Shown here: positions 25,024-33,667 of the stretch, one piece after another | How the letters are laid out: the number at the start of each line of letters is the position of its first letter | Position numbering within the stretch: the stretch's first letter is position 1 | DNA from: a virus | IMG/VR virus record: IMGVR_UViG_3300021962_008382 | Location: 32,001-96,000 of that record | Reading direction: 5' to 3' (one strand) | DNA: 64,000 nucleotides | Notes under the pieces: generated by a model | Seen by the model: the letters and a program-made list of their open reading frames with translations, nothing else | Databases searched by the model: none | What the model was told of the DNA's origin: nothing | Translations under genes and position numbers: made by a program

Positions 25024-25829
25024 TCATAATCTCCTGTTACAATTTGTCTAAACACATCAATATTCAAGTCAATAATATCAGAAGAAATATTATCAGGTTG
25101 AGCATTAATAAGGTTAACCAGCTTGGTAGATTCTTTAGTCATCAGACCGGTAGATTCATACATTATATTTTTTAGACCATGTACTATAGGGTTAGATGTA
25201 TCGACTGATTCTATCCAATCAAACCCGTTACGATAAAATAGGAATTCAATAGGAAGAGAACAACCTAACAGATGATGTGGTTTACTTTGATTTATAATAC
25301 CTTCTTCCAACATCCTACTCAGTACATGAACTCGGCCTAGCGCAAATGATACCCACTTATTAGGGTGTGGAAATACTTTTTGATAATAAGAATAATCAAA
25401 AGAAATAGCCAACTTATCTACGTTGATTATTTCATCTAGATACCGATAACAGCCAACAATTTCTTCATATGATCTACCCTGAGCCACTCCAATACTTTTA
25501 CATTGCTGTGGAATACTATCTGCATAAGTAGTCTTCCATTTAACCGCATTAGTAATAGTAGAGATACTATCTTCTAACGCATCTGGAAGAATATATTCGG
25601 TTGGAACTAGTTTCTTAACCCACTCTGCATACTTATTCATATCGAATGCAGTTCCTAATTCGAATATCGAGTTATCTAAAATAACCTCTCGACCCATTTT
25701 AAGAGAATCAACAAAGAACTCATGATATTGTGGTATTTCATCTAGAAGGTGTACTAAACAATAATCATAGTCATTATACACTCTCGAATGTTCGAGCATC
25801 GATAGAGGGGATTCATGTGAAATTTTCAT
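25020..25829 (-). CDS. dpdA: TGT-fold base-exchange enzyme (DpdA3-like)
   Basis: ILDNSIFE, LPD, IGVAQG, HLLG, SVDTSNP follow the TGT/DpdA motif order; lies inside the que operon. Confidence 0.75.
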   Translation of the reverse strand: MKISHESPLSMLEHSRVYNDYDYCLVHLLDEIPQYHEFFVDSLKMGREVILDNSIFELGTAFDMNKYAEWVKKLVPTEYILPDALEDSISTITNAVKWKTTYADSIPQQCKSIGVAQGRSYEEIVGCYRYLDEIINVDKLAISFDYSYYQKVFPHPNKWVSFALGRVHVLSRMLEEGIINQSKPHHLLGCSLPIEFLFYRNGFDWIESVDTSNPIVHGLKNIMYESTGLMTKESTKLVNLINAQPDNISSDIIDLNIDVFRQIVTGDYE

Positions 25830-26263
25830 TGTAATTGCTCAATTATCTCTGTTTTTACTGGGACCCACAACAATAAATCACCAAATTTATTAGGTTTTTT
25901 CCTAGATAAATTTGCCCGTATATAATCTATCATATCATTAACTTTATAACGGTAGATGGATTTTGTTTCAGTATCTACACCATAAATTTCTTTTGCTGCA
26001 GATGAATATATCCACCCAACATTTTCACGTCTTTTATTATAAAGTTCAACACCAAGGTAACCTTTAAAATAATTGGACTTTACATCTACCGGTACACCAT
26101 TAATAATAAAGTCAATCTTTAAATTAACTTGACTGTTAGGATCTACTTTGTGTTCGTAATTAAGCTTATTATGCTCACAGTAAATACGAACAATCTCTTC
26201 ACCCTCGTCCCCTTTGGCTCCGTTAGTACCGTATCTACCTTCTGAATTATTATACCAGGTCAT
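25826..26263 (-). CDS. PD-(D/E)XK restriction-endonuclease-like protein
   Basis: G..GEE.V helix, IDF, VDVK, E...GW. Confidence 0.65.
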   Translation of the reverse strand: MTWYNNSEGRYGTNGAKGDEGEEIVRIYCEHNKLNYEHKVDPNSQVNLKIDFIINGVPVDVKSNYFKGYLGVELYNKRRENVGWIYSSAAKEIYGVDTETKSIYRYKVNDMIDYIRANLSRKKPNKFGDLLLWVPVKTEIIEQLQ

Positions 26264-26264
26264 A

Positions 26265-26942
26265 TTAGCGTTTAATTAAAGACATAAACTCAGCACGGGC
26301 TTCAGGTTCAGTTCTAAAACACCCACCCAGCTTAGCAGTGTAAGTATAAGAGGAATGATCTTCCACCCCTCTCGACTTTACACAATAATGAACCCCTTCA
26401 ATAACAACTGCAATATCCTCAGTACCAAGAATAAATGCAAGAGAATGATATACTTGCTCAGCAATGCGTTCTTGGACCTGCGGTCGTCGAGCAAAATATT
26501 CAACGATACGATTAAGCTTAGACAAACCGAGAACTTTATCTTTAGGAATATATGCTATATGGGCTTTACCGTCAATAGTTACAAAATGATGTTCGCAGTT
26601 AGACATTAATGTAATGTCTTTTTCAATTACCATCTCATCGTAACCCATCTTATTCTGAATTACAGTTACCTTAGGAAAATTATCTGGTTTCAACCCCCAG
26701 AAAATTTCATTTACATACATCTTTGCAACACGTTTAGGGGTATCAATAAGAGAATCATCTTGAAGATCTAAACCCAAAGTTTCCATAATAGATGTAAAAT
26801 ATTTTTCGATCTTTTTAATCTTCCATTCTTCTTTCTTAAGAAGAGGATCAATCAGCGTAGGGGTATGAACCCCTTTCGATTTTAAATACTCTTCCACTTT
26901 ATAACCGAGCTCGGCATCGGTTTTACCTTTTTGAAACGACAT
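26265..26942 (-). CDS. folE: GTP cyclohydrolase I
   Basis: TPKRVAKM, CEHH, GLSKLNR, RPQVQER, HYC..SRG. Confidence 0.97.
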   Translation of the reverse strand: MSFQKGKTDAELGYKVEEYLKSKGVHTPTLIDPLLKKEEWKIKKIEKYFTSIMETLGLDLQDDSLIDTPKRVAKMYVNEIFWGLKPDNFPKVTVIQNKMGYDEMVIEKDITLMSNCEHHFVTIDGKAHIAYIPKDKVLGLSKLNRIVEYFARRPQVQERIAEQVYHSLAFILGTEDIAVVIEGVHYCVKSRGVEDHSSYTYTAKLGGCFRTEPEARAEFMSLIKR

Positions 26943-26960
26943 ACTTTACTCCTTAGTTAA

Positions 26961-27797
26961 TTAAGTTCCCCACTCGTTTTTGAAAAGAGGAACCTGCAAT
27001 CTATCTGAATATCTCCATCCTCTCTTCATAGCCATCTCAGCTACTGTTCGATTATTGAGATGATATACTGATTCCACACCACCTACGGGCATCAAGTATA
27101 CAGGACCTTTAAACCCAGCTTGCCTGTATAGTTTAACAGCTTTCTCGGCATCCTCTGCATCTTCTTTTGTTGCTACCACAAACTTAAGATAAGTATACCC
27201 TACCTCTTCATAAGATGCTACGATATCCGGTAGAATAGCATCTTCCCATTTTTCACCTGAGACCGGTAGTTTAGGTGATACGGAAAATGTGATACCATCC
27301 CATTTAAAACCGTAAAGTGAACGCTCAAGTTCTTCAGTAATTACTTGTGTTCCGTTAGTTTCAAAAGTGACATCTGTCAACGTCATCATCTTTTCGTTTT
27401 CTAACAAAGCCGGGTAAGCTCGTTGCCACCCGAGAAGTGGTTCCCCACCAGTTATAACTAAATGCTCTCCATCCCATACACCATGGGGAAGTAATTGTAT
27501 AATCTTTTCTACGATAGTTTCAACCGACAGCATCGGTGAAAGATGTTTAAACCTTACGTCCCAAGATGCGTAAGAATCACATCCTGTAGAGACTAAAGGT
27601 AACTCTTCGTATTTTTTGAAAGACTTTGCATCGGTAGCGATTATATCACGCTCAGTAGAAACTTCACCTATAGGCATACCGAAGCCTGAGCAAGTAAAGT
27701 TACAACCGAAGGTACGGAGAAACACAGACGGTACGCCCATGTACCGCCCTTCACCCTGAATAGAGTAAAACAGTTCTGCTATTTTTATCTTGGACAT
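26961..27797 (-). CDS. queE: 7-carboxy-7-deazaguanine synthase (radical SAM)
   Basis: FYSIQGEG, GCNFTC...CDS, TGGEP, ETNGT, SPKL. Confidence 0.95.
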   Translation of the reverse strand: MSKIKIAELFYSIQGEGRYMGVPSVFLRTFGCNFTCSGFGMPIGEVSTERDIIATDAKSFKKYEELPLVSTGCDSYASWDVRFKHLSPMLSVETIVEKIIQLLPHGVWDGEHLVITGGEPLLGWQRAYPALLENEKMMTLTDVTFETNGTQVITEELERSLYGFKWDGITFSVSPKLPVSGEKWEDAILPDIVASYEEVGYTYLKFVVATKEDAEDAEKAVKLYRQAGFKGPVYLMPVGGVESVYHLNNRTVAEMAMKRGWRYSDRLQVPLFKNEWGT

Positions 27798-27799
27798 TT

Positions 27800-27840
27800 A
27801 TGCTCCTAGTTTTGTTAATAGGTGGAAGGGCACCTATCAC
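27800..27840 (-). promoter_or_regulatory. Candidate riboswitch-like pseudoknot 5' UTR of the que operon
   Basis: UGAUAGGUG-CCCUUC-CACCUAUUA-ACAAAACUAGGAG; the loop can pair with the SD. Confidence 0.45.
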
Positions 27841-27846
27841 CTGCAC

Positions 27847-27875
27847 ATTATAAATTATAACAATCAGAAAATCCA
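27847..27875 (-). promoter_or_regulatory. sigma70-type promoter of the 7-deazaguanine operon
   Basis: TGGATT-N17-TATAAT, the same -35 variant as early cassettes 4, 8 and 10. Confidence 0.75.
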
Positions 27876-28466
27876 CTACTCCATATCTGAATTATCCGAT
27901 TCATCGTAACTATCAACCTTTTTTTCACGCTGCTTAATCATCTTGCGTTCTGGTTCGATAGTATCATTATGTTTCTTTACTAGCTCCAAAAGATAATTTA
28001 CAAATTCTTCATTATCTTCTGCTTGCGAGACAATTTGATCGATATCAATATTATCTAGTAACCTATATTTAGTTGCCTGATACTTTTTTTCTTTCTGAAT
28101 TCTTCTTACGAATGCAAAAAAAGTTATCTGAGTGTAGTAAGCAAAGGGGTTTGAAAATCTCGTAGGGTCAAATTTATCGACTGCAGATAAGCAATTTTCT
28201 ATACCGTCAGATATCATATCATCTTTAAAAGTATAGTTAATAAAATTACCCTTATAAGAAAGGTGAGTTGCTATCTTAATGAAGCAATCGCCTATGTAGT
28301 TACTTACTTTAGGTTTGGGCAAACCCTTGGCAGCTGCATCTGCAACTTGAGCTCTATACTCAATTAAAGCTTCGAGAAATTTTTTATTATCAACGTAGTG
28401 AGCATTTCTAAGCTCAATGGATTGTTGGCTTTTCTGCGACTTCGCTTTCTTCTTCATCATCTGCAT
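27876..28466 (-). CDS. gp55: Late transcription sigma factor
   Basis: HYVDNKKF, YIGDCF.KIA, NF..YT...DMISDGIENC, NPFAYYTQI; start uncertain. Confidence 0.95.
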   Translation of the reverse strand: MQMMKKKAKSQKSQQSIELRNAHYVDNKKFLEALIEYRAQVADAAAKGLPKPKVSNYIGDCFIKIATHLSYKGNFINYTFKDDMISDGIENCLSAVDKFDPTRFSNPFAYYTQITFFAFVRRIQKEKKYQATKYRLLDNIDIDQIVSQAEDNEEFVNYLLELVKKHNDTIEPERKMIKQREKKVDSYDESDNSDME

Positions 28467-28815
28467 TACTAATATAGTCCATGAGTTCGTTTAGATAAGA
28501 ATATTCTTCGGAATCTTCTTTGCCTACCATTCTAATATATTCTTCGTACTTATTAGAAGCTTCTTGAGATAGCCTTGCAACAGCAAGAATAGAACTACCT
28601 TTGATGTGTATTATACTATCATCAGTCATATTAATCCACGGGTTTATAGAACAACCTTGATATACTCTGCCATTTTTATCAGCAGTTCTATAATAATTAA
28701 CGAGCATAGGGTGATGAAGTTCAACTAGTTCTGAATCTTCAAAATAAAAAATATCCTCAGCAATTTGTGCTAAAAGCTCATCACCGCTTATGAGTTTAAT
28801 TATTCTATTATACAT
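28414..28815 (-). CDS. Conserved T4-like hypothetical protein
   Basis: IKL.SG.EL.A, PW, C-terminal TIH; usual position between uvsW and gp55. Confidence 0.75.
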   Translation of the reverse strand: MYNRIIKLISGDELLAQIAEDIFYFEDSELVELHHPMLVNYYRTADKNGRVYQGCSINPWINMTDDSIIHIKGSSILAVARLSQEASNKYEEYIRMVGKEDSEEYSYLNELMDYISNADDEEESEVAEKPTIH

Positions 28816-30293
28816 TAGATATCTACCTTTACAGTATTGTAATCGAATTTTTCATCGTTGTAGATTTTAATTCTTTCGATCATATGAAGCAAGGTATAGT
28901 TTTTTCTACCTTTCCATTCCATATCATCACCAATATCGTAAAGCTTGCATTGCTCTTTCTGATCACCTTTTCTCAGCCCTCGGCCGATAGACTGAAGATT
29001 TCTAATTCTTGATTTACCAGAGGATGCAAATATAATATTATGAAGGTTTTTTATATTTATACCCGTACTATAAGTACCATATGATGCGACAATTATAGCA
29101 TCAGTTTCTTTCTCTATAATCTTTCTTATTTGTTCTCTTGACTCAGTTTCAGTAGCACCTGATACAAAAAATACTTTTCGATTTTCAGCTTTCTTAGATA
29201 TCATATCATGTAATAGCTTACCGTGCTTCTCAACATACTGAAACAGTACCAGTGTGTTACCTTGCTGAGAGGTAGCAAGGTTTCTTATAAACTTATTTCT
29301 TGCTTCGTATTGTAGTAGAAAGTCTACCTCTTCCTGATATTTAAGTTTGGAGTTTTGTTTTCTTATTTCTGGTGAGTAAGACAATACTAAGCAAAATATT
29401 TTTATATCTGCAAGTTGATCTTTATCAATTAACTCTCTTGTTGTAGTAACATGATACACTTGACCGAACATACCTTCTAAAACTAGCTTGTGAGTCTTAG
29501 TGCCGTCTAGCGTACCGGTTGTACCTATCCTGTATTGAGCTTTAGTTAACTTACCCATGATACTGGTAAGAGACTTTGCTTTGAAAGTATGACTTTCATC
29601 ACCTACGACGACATCGAATACCTCAAACCATTTCTTAGGCAATTCATAAACCGATTGCCAAGTAGATATTACAATTGGCAGATCCGTTATCTTTTCATGA
29701 CCCGAATATATTCGATGGCAGTTAGTAATTACATCCCAACCATTTAAGCAGGAATAATCCTGAAAGTCAGAATACATTTGTTCAACTAGTGACGTAGTAG
29801 GTACCAGGATAAGCTGTCTCTTTTCAAATTGTTCGTACCATCTAAGTAGACAATAGATTATTAGAGATTTACCAGACCCTGTTGGAGATAGTAGCAAGCG
29901 TCTTTCATCACAAATAGCTTTGTATACTGCCTCTATTTGATAGTCGCGAATCAGAAGAGGGTTACCTCCTGATCCTAGATTTAGATTGCTGCAAAACTCA
30001 GCAACTTGATCGTAAGTAACATCAGTATCTTTAGTCGGAAGATCTGTACTATCGATAGGGTAGTTATTTACTTCACAAAAATGCTTTAAGTAAGGAAGAA
30101 GACCGACATACAGCTCTTTTGTCACTAATGAGTATAGTCGAAGTTTACCATCCCACATTTTGTTGCGATACATAGGTGTAAATTTCGCACCAGGTACTTC
30201 AAAAGTAAAGTGCTCAGAAATCTCTTGTGCGATAGACATCTCGCACAAAACTTTCATATAGACTTCATCGCGCTTAATTATTTTTACAGACAC
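28815..30293 (-). CDS. uvsW: SF2 helicase
   Basis: RDYQ, SPTGSGKS, DESH, TTGT, QSIGRGLR. Confidence 0.96.
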   Translation of the reverse strand: MSVKIIKRDEVYMKVLCEMSIAQEISEHFTFEVPGAKFTPMYRNKMWDGKLRLYSLVTKELYVGLLPYLKHFCEVNNYPIDSTDLPTKDTDVTYDQVAEFCSNLNLGSGGNPLLIRDYQIEAVYKAICDERRLLLSPTGSGKSLIIYCLLRWYEQFEKRQLILVPTTSLVEQMYSDFQDYSCLNGWDVITNCHRIYSGHEKITDLPIVISTWQSVYELPKKWFEVFDVVVGDESHTFKAKSLTSIMGKLTKAQYRIGTTGTLDGTKTHKLVLEGMFGQVYHVTTTRELIDKDQLADIKIFCLVLSYSPEIRKQNSKLKYQEEVDFLLQYEARNKFIRNLATSQQGNTLVLFQYVEKHGKLLHDMISKKAENRKVFFVSGATETESREQIRKIIEKETDAIIVASYGTYSTGINIKNLHNIIFASSGKSRIRNLQSIGRGLRKGDQKEQCKLYDIGDDMEWKGRKNYTLLHMIERIKIYNDEKFDYNTVKVDI

Positions 30294-30733
30294 TAAAATG
30301 CACCATTAGTAAACTTAGTATATTCTATTGCTGACTTAATATCCCAAGTTCTAGAATTTATCGAGCGTATAATTTGCTCAAGCGTATAAATTACAGTTTT
30401 AAAATACTCGACTTTGTCGACTAGCTCTACCAGGTCAGTATCGCTTTGCAAGAATTCATCCATCTCAGCTTTGAGAGGTTTATTGCCTTGGTACTGCAAC
30501 CAGTCCATCGCTTGAAGTTCTTCTTGAGTTAGTTCGCCTCGATAGTAACGATACTTTATCTTGCGAGTACGTAGATAATCTGACTCTGCTTTTCTAAGCT
30601 GTAACTTAGCTTTAGATAACAGAGTCAGATACTTGGCGTGTAAAGTTGGAACCTTAGTTGCTTCTCTACCAAGGTTCAACTCATCAATGGCCGAATCAAT
30701 AGCCCATTGATCGGTGATATCAGTTAATTTCAT
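30293..30733 (-). CDS. uvsY: Recombination mediator
   Basis: W..DS.ID, P.LHAKYL, YY.G, R.WDIK.AI. Confidence 0.92.
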   Translation of the reverse strand: MKLTDITDQWAIDSAIDELNLGREATKVPTLHAKYLTLLSKAKLQLRKAESDYLRTRKIKYRYYRGELTQEELQAMDWLQYQGNKPLKAEMDEFLQSDTDLVELVDKVEYFKTVIYTLEQIIRSINSRTWDIKSAIEYTKFTNGAF

Positions 30734-30751
30734 AATATAAGATTAATCTAC

Positions 30752-31621
30752 TTAGTCAGGAAGATCAATCGTTTTTACTTCTTGTGGTACCGGTTGTTGT
30801 TGTTGTGGTTTTTCCCAGTTAATGATCGCTTGCGGGTTACCCTGGAAGCAGAAATGACCGTAATGGTTTAGAGAAATAGTAGGATCTAACCAGATATCAC
30901 CGCCAATATCCTGCCAGCGACGACAGAACGTATAATCTTCTGAAAGGTATCGACGATCTACCGGGTCAATCATAGTATCAAATAGCGCATAGAAATTATC
31001 TTTAAGATCGCCGTTATTGATTACTACATCGTTGTTGTACTTAATTTCCGGGTAAGCGCGAATCAGCTTTAGAATAGCGTCTCGCTTGATCATCATGAAA
31101 CCGGTGCCTGCGTCGTGTAATTTAACAAGACCATTCTCTACAGCGATTGATTTGGTTTCACGATTAGTAAATTTAAAGTTAACAGCGTAGTCAGAACCGT
31201 GAGCTGCTATTTCTTTATCTGTAAGCGGTTGGTCGAGAGGAGTAGTGTGCATATTTTGACGAATACGATTCCAGGCAACTCCTTTCTTAGGATACGCCCC
31301 TACAGCCACTTCTTTATCTGCTGCGTAGAGCTTCAACACATCCTCTACACTAAACTCGATATCTGCGTCAATAAAGAGAAGATGTGTATAATCTGAATTA
31401 AGGAAATACGCTAGTAGTACGTTACGGGCTCTAGTAACTAGAGACTCGTTAGCAATTGTACCGAATGCTAGAGGAATTTGATGCTGGTTGAAAAAGGTCA
31501 TCATTCTGATGGTAGACCTAAAATAAGGCTCCATCAATTGACCACCATAGCAGGGGGTTGCGATAAAGAATTTATTCTTGCGGATTTCTTCCAGACTAAT
31601 CTGGCGAGTTTGGTTTTGCAT
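30752..31621 (-). CDS. GT-A fold glycosyltransferase-like protein
   Basis: IATPCYGG, RARN, LFIDADI, GTGFM, SEDY.FC. Confidence 0.8.
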   Translation of the reverse strand: MQNQTRQISLEEIRKNKFFIATPCYGGQLMEPYFRSTIRMMTFFNQHQIPLAFGTIANESLVTRARNVLLAYFLNSDYTHLLFIDADIEFSVEDVLKLYAADKEVAVGAYPKKGVAWNRIRQNMHTTPLDQPLTDKEIAAHGSDYAVNFKFTNRETKSIAVENGLVKLHDAGTGFMMIKRDAILKLIRAYPEIKYNNDVVINNGDLKDNFYALFDTMIDPVDRRYLSEDYTFCRRWQDIGGDIWLDPTISLNHYGHFCFQGNPQAIINWEKPQQQQPVPQEVKTIDLPD

Positions 31622-31639
31622 GATCTACTCCAAGGTTAA

Positions 31640-32227
31640 TTATAATGTTTCAATTGTTAACGTTCTGAACTTAAAAGTTGCTCTTGAGGTTAGATACTCT
31701 AAAGAACCACCCGCAGTAGTAGTATCGAAATCCAAAGGCTCTACTGATATAGGGAATAAGTCTTTGAGTATTATATTAGTTTTAGCATTATTATTGCTAT
31801 CTAAAATGGTCAAAGTTCCGTCTGAATATCCCAAAACTTCATTATTAGATGAACCAGCTTTAAAGGGAAATCTATTAAGTCTTTCATTTGCAAAGTTTTT
31901 AAATTCAGCATAATTGTTAGGAAACCCTAATGCTGTAACCCATTCATATAGCTCAACGTAATTGCTTAGATCTTCTGCAATAATAAATTTAATAGTTAAA
32001 TCGGTGTACATGAGCTTGTCACCGATAATTGGTCTATCAATAAAAGGTGTAGGTTGGTTAATGAAACCTAACTGAATACCAGGTAGGTTAGCAGCCTGGC
32101 AAGTATAAGAAACTTTAGGGAGGTCTTTTATAACTAATCTAAAACCGTTAGGTCTTAGAAAGTTATGGACTGCAACAGAAGGAGATGTTACAGTCGACTT
32201 TAATTCTGAAAGATTAGATGTGTACAT
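31640..32227 (-). CDS. gp3: Tail tube terminator / completion protein
   Basis: NFL.P.GF, CQ.ANLPG, GDKL, EDL.NY.E; position after gp23. Confidence 0.85.
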   Translation of the reverse strand: MYTSNLSELKSTVTSPSVAVHNFLRPNGFRLVIKDLPKVSYTCQAANLPGIQLGFINQPTPFIDRPIIGDKLMYTDLTIKFIIAEDLSNYVELYEWVTALGFPNNYAEFKNFANERLNRFPFKAGSSNNEVLGYSDGTLTILDSNNNAKTNIILKDLFPISVEPLDFDTTTAGGSLEYLTSRATFKFRTLTIETL

Positions 32228-32243
32228 ATCATTATTTATCTCA

Positions 32244-32272
32244 TAAAAATAGGGGGAGCTTAGCTCCCCCTA
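32244..32272 (-). terminator. Intrinsic terminator after gp23
   Basis: AGGGGGAGCT-A-AGCTCCCCCT followed by ATTTTT. Confidence 0.85.
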
Positions 32273-32297
32273 ATACCACTCTTAATTGGTGGTTCAA

Positions 32298-33629
32298 TTA
32301 CATCAGGTTTACAACTTTGGTACGGCGATAGTACTGGTTGCGGTTTGCTGTAAATGTATCACCATCGGCAGCAGCGCTTCCACCAGTAGTTGTAACGTAC
32401 GGGTTAGCAATCATACCGTAGCGAGTCTTGAAGCCAATCTTTGGCTGGAAGCTACTTGGATCTACTGCACGAACCATCTGGAGAGGTACGTAAGGACAGT
32501 AGAAGATACCTGCGTCATAAGGCGAAGTACCTTTGTAACCAACTACGTAGAACTGCGAGGCTGCACCAAGGTTTGCAGAATATGGATCTACATATACTTT
32601 GAAGCGACCGTTCAGAACACCGGCAAAAGTATTACCAGTATCATCTACGTTCAGGTTGGTTGAAAGAGCGGGTGCATAGTCAAGTACACCAGCCATTGCT
32701 AAGGCGCTTGCAACGTCTGCAGAACAGACGATGAAGTTACCTTTGCCACGACGGGTATCCTGACCGATGTGGTTGGCATCACGTTCGATGTTGAACAGAA
32801 GACCTTTGAAGCGTTCTACCGACCAGCGACCGTTGGAGTCAACGTCAAGGTTAAAGGTACCAGCTGTTGCAGTAGCAGGCGAACCGGCTTTAGCAACTGT
32901 ATAGATGGTACGAACAACTTCACGGTTAATTTCAAACATAATTTCCTGTGACAGGATGTTTGAAAGTTCCGACTCTGCATCAAGACCATGAACTGCTTTC
33001 AGGTCCTGCGCAAGTTCAAGGGTGTATTCAGCTTTCAGAGCACGGGTGCGAGCAGTAACCGTGGTCTTATCGATAGCGAATGCCATTGAACCGAAGTTAT
33101 TAGTAGAAGCGTCACCAAGAGCTTCACCCTGTGCATTGGACATACCTTTGCCAGTAGTGTAAGAACCATCTACTGGGTTATCACCAGCATGTGTTCCGTT
33201 CTTAGGTGTACCGGCGTAGTCGGCATCGAAACCAGATGACGAGAAGTCGGTATCGGCTTCGTTGAAGAGAGCTTCGGTTAAGCCTGAATCAGTACGAACG
33301 TTACCGTATACTGAACGCATTGCAAAAATAAGACCGGTAGGACCAGTCATAGGCTGAACGCCACAGATGTCGTAAGCCATCAGGTTAGGCATCGAACGAC
33401 GAACAAGACCGATAAGGATTGGATCGTAACGATCAATACCTGCGGTTGAATCGTAGTTGTTAGCTGGTGCTACTTCGGAAAGCATCTGACGCTCTTCGCG
33501 AAGTGCTTTCTCCTGGTTTTCAAGAAGAACTGCGGTTACAGACTTCTTGTAGCTGTCTTTGATTTCTGGCAGATCTGCGTGGTCTAGGACAGCGCCCCAC
33601 TTAGTCTGAAGTTGTTCTGATAAGTACAT
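32298..33629 (-). CDS. gp23: Major capsid protein
   Basis: LLENQ, GVQPMTGPTGLIFAMR, RALKAEYTLELAQDLKAVHGLDAE, FQPKIGFKTRYG. Confidence 0.99.
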   Translation of the reverse strand: MYLSEQLQTKWGAVLDHADLPEIKDSYKKSVTAVLLENQEKALREERQMLSEVAPANNYDSTAGIDRYDPILIGLVRRSMPNLMAYDICGVQPMTGPTGLIFAMRSVYGNVRTDSGLTEALFNEADTDFSSSGFDADYAGTPKNGTHAGDNPVDGSYTTGKGMSNAQGEALGDASTNNFGSMAFAIDKTTVTARTRALKAEYTLELAQDLKAVHGLDAESELSNILSQEIMFEINREVVRTIYTVAKAGSPATATAGTFNLDVDSNGRWSVERFKGLLFNIERDANHIGQDTRRGKGNFIVCSADVASALAMAGVLDYAPALSTNLNVDDTGNTFAGVLNGRFKVYVDPYSANLGAASQFYVVGYKGTSPYDAGIFYCPYVPLQMVRAVDPSSFQPKIGFKTRYGMIANPYVTTTGGSAAADGDTFTANRNQYYRRTKVVNLM

Positions 33630-33657
33630 TACCTTCTCCTTTTTAGAAGTTCTAAGA

Positions 33658-33665
33658 TATTTATA
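33658..33665 (-). promoter_or_regulatory. T4-type late promoter
   Basis: TATAAATA upstream of gp23. Confidence 0.8.
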
Positions 33666-33667
33666 TG

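Noticed and set aside
19837-27797. Queuosine tRNA-modification auxiliary pathway
   Set aside because: No queA or queG/H and no zinc-binding canonical Tgt in the window; the formyltransferase, kinase and pyrophosphatases fit DNA modification better, though tRNA use is not excluded.
27800-27840. Canonical preQ1-I riboswitch call
   Set aside because: The ligand-pairing C is A and the usual loop-tail pairing is absent; kept only as a variant candidate.
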